From: a bacterium
GTDB lineage: Bacteria > Hydrothermota > UBA3073 > JACQXS01
Assembly (NCBI GenBank): GCA_030605695.1
Contig: JAUWHX010000092.1
Coordinates: 996-64,995, forward strand
Reading direction: 5' to 3'
DNA: 64,000 bases
The position numbers and the translations under genes were made by a program. Positions 61,218 through 64,000 of the stretch are shown one piece after another. Below the pieces are notes generated by a model. The model saw only the letters and a program-made list of their open reading frames with translations. It was not told the DNA's origin and searched no databases. Numbering within the stretch: position 1 is the first letter of the stretch; every line of letters starts with the position of its first letter.

Positions 61218-63344
61218 ATGCGTAACTTTTTAGCAATAATTTGGAGTGCAGTAGCTTACTATTGCTTGGTTGCATCATCACTTTTTGCCGATTGGCACGT
61301 GGTATCCAACCCGACATCCAAATCCTTGAATGCTGTATTCTTTAACAGTCCTTCTGACGGTTGGGCAGTGGGAGGATATTCTTCTGTGCCGGAAGAAGGA
61401 ACTATCGTTCATTACAATGGGAGTTCTTGGGATATAGTATCCAACCCAGCAGCATCTAAGGAGATATATGATGTATTCTTCAATAGCGCTTCTGATGGTT
61501 GGGCAGTGGGAGCCCCTACTATTCTTCACTACAACGGGAGTTCTTGGAGTACAGTCTCCAGTCCAACACCTATATATCTGCAAGCCGTATTTTTCAACAA
61601 TGCTTCTGATGGTTGGGCAGTGGGCGCTTATGGCACCACTATTCATTACGATGGGACTTCTTGGAGTATAGTATCCAGCCCAACCTCCAATACACTGAGA
61701 GGTGTGTTCTTTAATAGTCCTTCTGATGGCTGGGCGGTTGGGTATGCTGGCACCATTCTTCATTATGATGGGACTTCATGGAGTACAGTATCGAGCCCGA
61801 CATCCAGTTGCCTGTATGGAGTATTCTTTAACAGTCCTTCTGATGGCTGGGCGGTGGGAGGTACACCAGTGGGCAATGGAACTATTCTTCATTACAACGG
61901 GAGTTCTTGGGATACAGTATCCTGTCCGACAAGTGAGCAACTACGGGACATATTCTTCAATAGCGCTTCTGATGGTTGGGCTGTTGGGGGAGATGGCGTT
62001 ACTCTTCACTATAATGGAAGTTCTTGGCGCAAAGTCTCCAGTCCAACATCTGCTCTCTTGCGTGGTGTGTTCTTTAACAATCCTTCTGATGGTTGGGCAG
62101 TGGGATTTGGGACTATTCTTCATTATTATGGAGAGGATGAGTATCCAAATAAAGTTGTTAACACTGTGACAATCGGAACCTGTCCTTGCGGTATTACAGT
62201 CACTCCAGATGGAGATTATGTATATGTTGCCAACAACTGTAGTTATGATGTCTCAGTAATACGTACTTTTAACAATAATGTCATTGCGAACGTTACTATT
62301 GCGGGAAATGGGCCATGGGATGTTGCAGTTACTCCAAATGGAAATTATGTATATGCTACAAGTGGTTATGACAATGGTAAGGTTTCAGCAATTCGTGTTT
62401 CTGATAACAGTATTACAGATAGTATTTCTTTGTTCTCTGGGCCTGTAGAGGGAATTGCTATCACTCCTTCTGGAGATTATGCATATGTAGCCCATGACCC
62501 TGTTGTTGCTTTTATCAATCTCTCTATTAATGCTTTGGAATATGGAATATCAGGTGTTACTGGCCCCAAAGATGTGGTAATCAATCCTGCTGGCACTCAC
62601 GCTTATGCCACAGAGACTAATGCTAACAGTGTAGCAATAATTCGTCTCTCTGATAACACAGTTACTTCTCGCATTTCTGTTGGAACTTATGCCTGGGGTG
62701 CTGCAATTACTTCAGATGGAGCTTATGTGTATGTTACCAATAGCGATGATAACAGTGTCTCAGTCATTAGAACTTCCGATAATACTGTTATAAAAACAAT
62801 ACCGGTTGGTACTCATCCTCAAGGTATTGCAGTTACTCCAAATGGTAAGTTTGTATATGTGGCAAATTACCAGAGTAACAATGTCTCTATAATCCAAACT
62901 TCTGATAACAGTGTCGTTGAGACTGTATCTGTGGGTAATGGCTCCTGGGATGTAGCAGTTCATCCAAACGGTGATAAGGTATATGTGACAAACTTTAGTG
63001 ACAATACTGTTTCAGTTATTGGCTATGGGCAAGGAGTAGAGGAGAGAAGCTACAGGTCGCAAGTTGCAGAATGTAGGTTAGAAGCTTATCCCAATCCTTT
63101 TGCCACAGGAGTCAAGATTCAGTGGTCAGGGATTAGCGAAGGGCAAAAAGTAAGTATAGGAATTTATGATTTAAGTGGCAGATTAGTCAGGTCTTTTCCA
63201 ATTGTCTATAACCAATCACCAATAACCAGTATTGTATGGGATGGGTGGGATGAGAAGGATAGACATTTGCCAAGCGGGGTATATTTTTATCAGTTGAAGA
63301 CTGAGAATTATAGTGAGACGAAAAAGGTTGCGAAGATAAAGTAA
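61218..63344 (+). CDS. Secreted repeat protein: 7 W-x-VSxPTS...SDGWAVG...ILHYxGSS blades, then about 7 YVTN beta-propeller repeats, then a T9SS-type C-terminal domain
   Basis: Signal-like N-terminus. The YVTN units read VGTHPQGIAVTPNGKFVYVANYQSNNVSII. The C-terminus reads YPNPFATGVKIQW...SGVYFYQLKT. Confidence 0.8.
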   Translation: MRNFLAIIWSAVAYYCLVASSLFADWHVVSNPTSKSLNAVFFNSPSDGWAVGGYSSVPEEGTIVHYNGSSWDIVSNPAASKEIYDVFFNSASDGWAVGAPTILHYNGSSWSTVSSPTPIYLQAVFFNNASDGWAVGAYGTTIHYDGTSWSIVSSPTSNTLRGVFFNSPSDGWAVGYAGTILHYDGTSWSTVSSPTSSCLYGVFFNSPSDGWAVGGTPVGNGTILHYNGSSWDTVSCPTSEQLRDIFFNSASDGWAVGGDGVTLHYNGSSWRKVSSPTSALLRGVFFNNPSDGWAVGFGTILHYYGEDEYPNKVVNTVTIGTCPCGITVTPDGDYVYVANNCSYDVSVIRTFNNNVIANVTIAGNGPWDVAVTPNGNYVYATSGYDNGKVSAIRVSDNSITDSISLFSGPVEGIAITPSGDYAYVAHDPVVAFINLSINALEYGISGVTGPKDVVINPAGTHAYATETNANSVAIIRLSDNTVTSRISVGTYAWGAAITSDGAYVYVTNSDDNSVSVIRTSDNTVIKTIPVGTHPQGIAVTPNGKFVYVANYQSNNVSIIQTSDNSVVETVSVGNGSWDVAVHPNGDKVYVTNFSDNTVSVIGYGQGVEERSYRSQVAECRLEAYPNPFATGVKIQWSGISEGQKVSIGIYDLSGRLVRSFPIVYNQSPITSIVWDGWDEKDRHLPSGVYFYQLKTENYSETKKVAKIK
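61290..62129 (+). repeat. Seven tandem in-frame coding repeats of 117-135 bp
   Basis: Peptide units of 39-45 aa, e.g. WSTVSSPTSSCLYGVFFNSPSDGWAVG...GTILHYNGSS. They generate several spurious alternate-frame ORFs in the track. Confidence 0.85.
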
Positions 63345-63370
63345 ATTTTTTGAGATAACAGGAGGTGTGT

Positions 63371-64000
63371 ATGCATTATTTTAGAGCTTTTATGATTGTC
63401 GGGCTAATGGTAGCTCTCGCAGGCTGTAAAAAAGAGAATCCGACTAATGGAAACGGTGGCAATGGCAATGGATACACCATAGATAACTACTTCCCGTTGG
63501 CTGTTGGAAATAGCTGGTCATTCAAGGGTGTCCAAGATTGTTCTGATGGGCAGAGCGATACTACGTACTTGAATCTGACCGTGAGTGAGAAATATACCTG
63601 GCAGGATAAGAGTGTATTTAAAACGCTCAGTAATGAAGACCCATCAGGATATATGGTGTATTATGATAATGAGCTTCGTGTCTATTATGACCCTCCAGAG
63701 AATGGAGGATCCTATGATATAATACTGAGAGAGCCCTTAGAAATGGGAACTACTTGGGAAGATAACTACTATACACATAAGATTGCCTCTGTGAAGATGC
63801 AGTTAAGTGTTCCTGCAGGTAGTTTTGAGAATTGTATAAAGGATGAATTCACTAGAAGAAATGTTGAGCCTCCTGTGGAGAAAGTAAAGGGTTATATGGC
63901 TTATGCTCCTGGAGTCGGGATGGTAAAAGAGTATGTTGAAATCGACTACTCGGATGGTTCTTGGTGTAAGGCTTTGATGGAACTCACTTCATATGACATA
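63371..64000 (+). CDS. Putative lipoprotein, partial (continues beyond window end)
   Basis: Not in the track. GGAGG-N5-ATG. MHYFRAFMIVGLMVALAGCKKENPTNGNGGNGNG... has the lipobox LAGC. Open for all 210 codons to base 64000. Confidence 0.65.
   Translation, partial: MHYFRAFMIVGLMVALAGCKKENPTNGNGGNGNGYTIDNYFPLAVGNSWSFKGVQDCSDGQSDTTYLNLTVSEKYTWQDKSVFKTLSNEDPSGYMVYYDNELRVYYDPPENGGSYDIILREPLEMGTTWEDNYYTHKIASVKMQLSVPAGSFENCIKDEFTRRNVEPPVEKVKGYMAYAPGVGMVKEYVEIDYSDGSWCKALMELTSYDI

Noticed and set aside
61278-62169. Several ORFs in other frames and strands across the tandem-repeat array
   Set aside because: Repeat periodicity keeps the wrong frames open. Only the +1 frame continues into the YVTN and T9SS domains.
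1-64000. CRISPR arrays, rRNA genes, reverse transcriptase/retron/DGR elements, integrases
   Set aside because: I saw no regularly spaced short repeats, no rRNA-like sequence, no RT motifs (YxDD) and no tyrosine or serine recombinase motifs in any listed ORF.

Overview
This looks like a low-GC Gram-negative bacterial contig, probably an FCB-type or candidate-phylum MAG. Support: lpxL-like gene, OMP barrel, bacterial type-A RNase P RNA, T9SS-type C-terminal sorting domains. TGA is a normal stop codon and GGAGG ribosome-binding sites are common. The left core (1-6.9 kb) holds an LpxL-like acyltransferase, a DUF262+HEPN-like pair, tRNA-Pro(GGG), a MerR/DsbD-like operon, patatin, rnpB and an OMP. 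A 5' fragment of tRNA-Ser(UGA) at 6919-6962 opens about 49 kb of accessory DNA. This contains: (i) an integrase-less conjugative/replicative module (Xis-like HTH, split AEP primase, TraD-like ATPase, Replic_Relax); (ii) cargo: an FGE-sulfatase protein, a 4-OT pseudogene, an M15 peptidase, and a repeat-bracketed cassette of WYL, GIY-YIG, a 58-aa ORF and a zinc-hook ABC ATPase; (iii) more cargo: an IS30 remnant, a PLD nuclease with two methyltransferases, and a leaderless CI/LexA-like repressor; (iv) a membrane protein/nuclease pair, a full-length Orc1/Cdc6 homologue, and an addA-addB operon chained to a second RloC/PrrC-like zinc-hook ATPase; (v) a 15-kb leftward phage/plasmid-like early module (SymE-like, RadC, DnaN, HExxH-VWA, macro domain, AAA+, HerA-like, Cas4-like) with no structural genes or integrase. 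The right end encodes two large T9SS-type secreted repeat proteins and a partial lipoprotein. The best candidates for undescribed systems are the two zinc-hook ATPase operons and the Orc1/Cdc6 locus. Every call rests on motif reading by eye; no searches were run.
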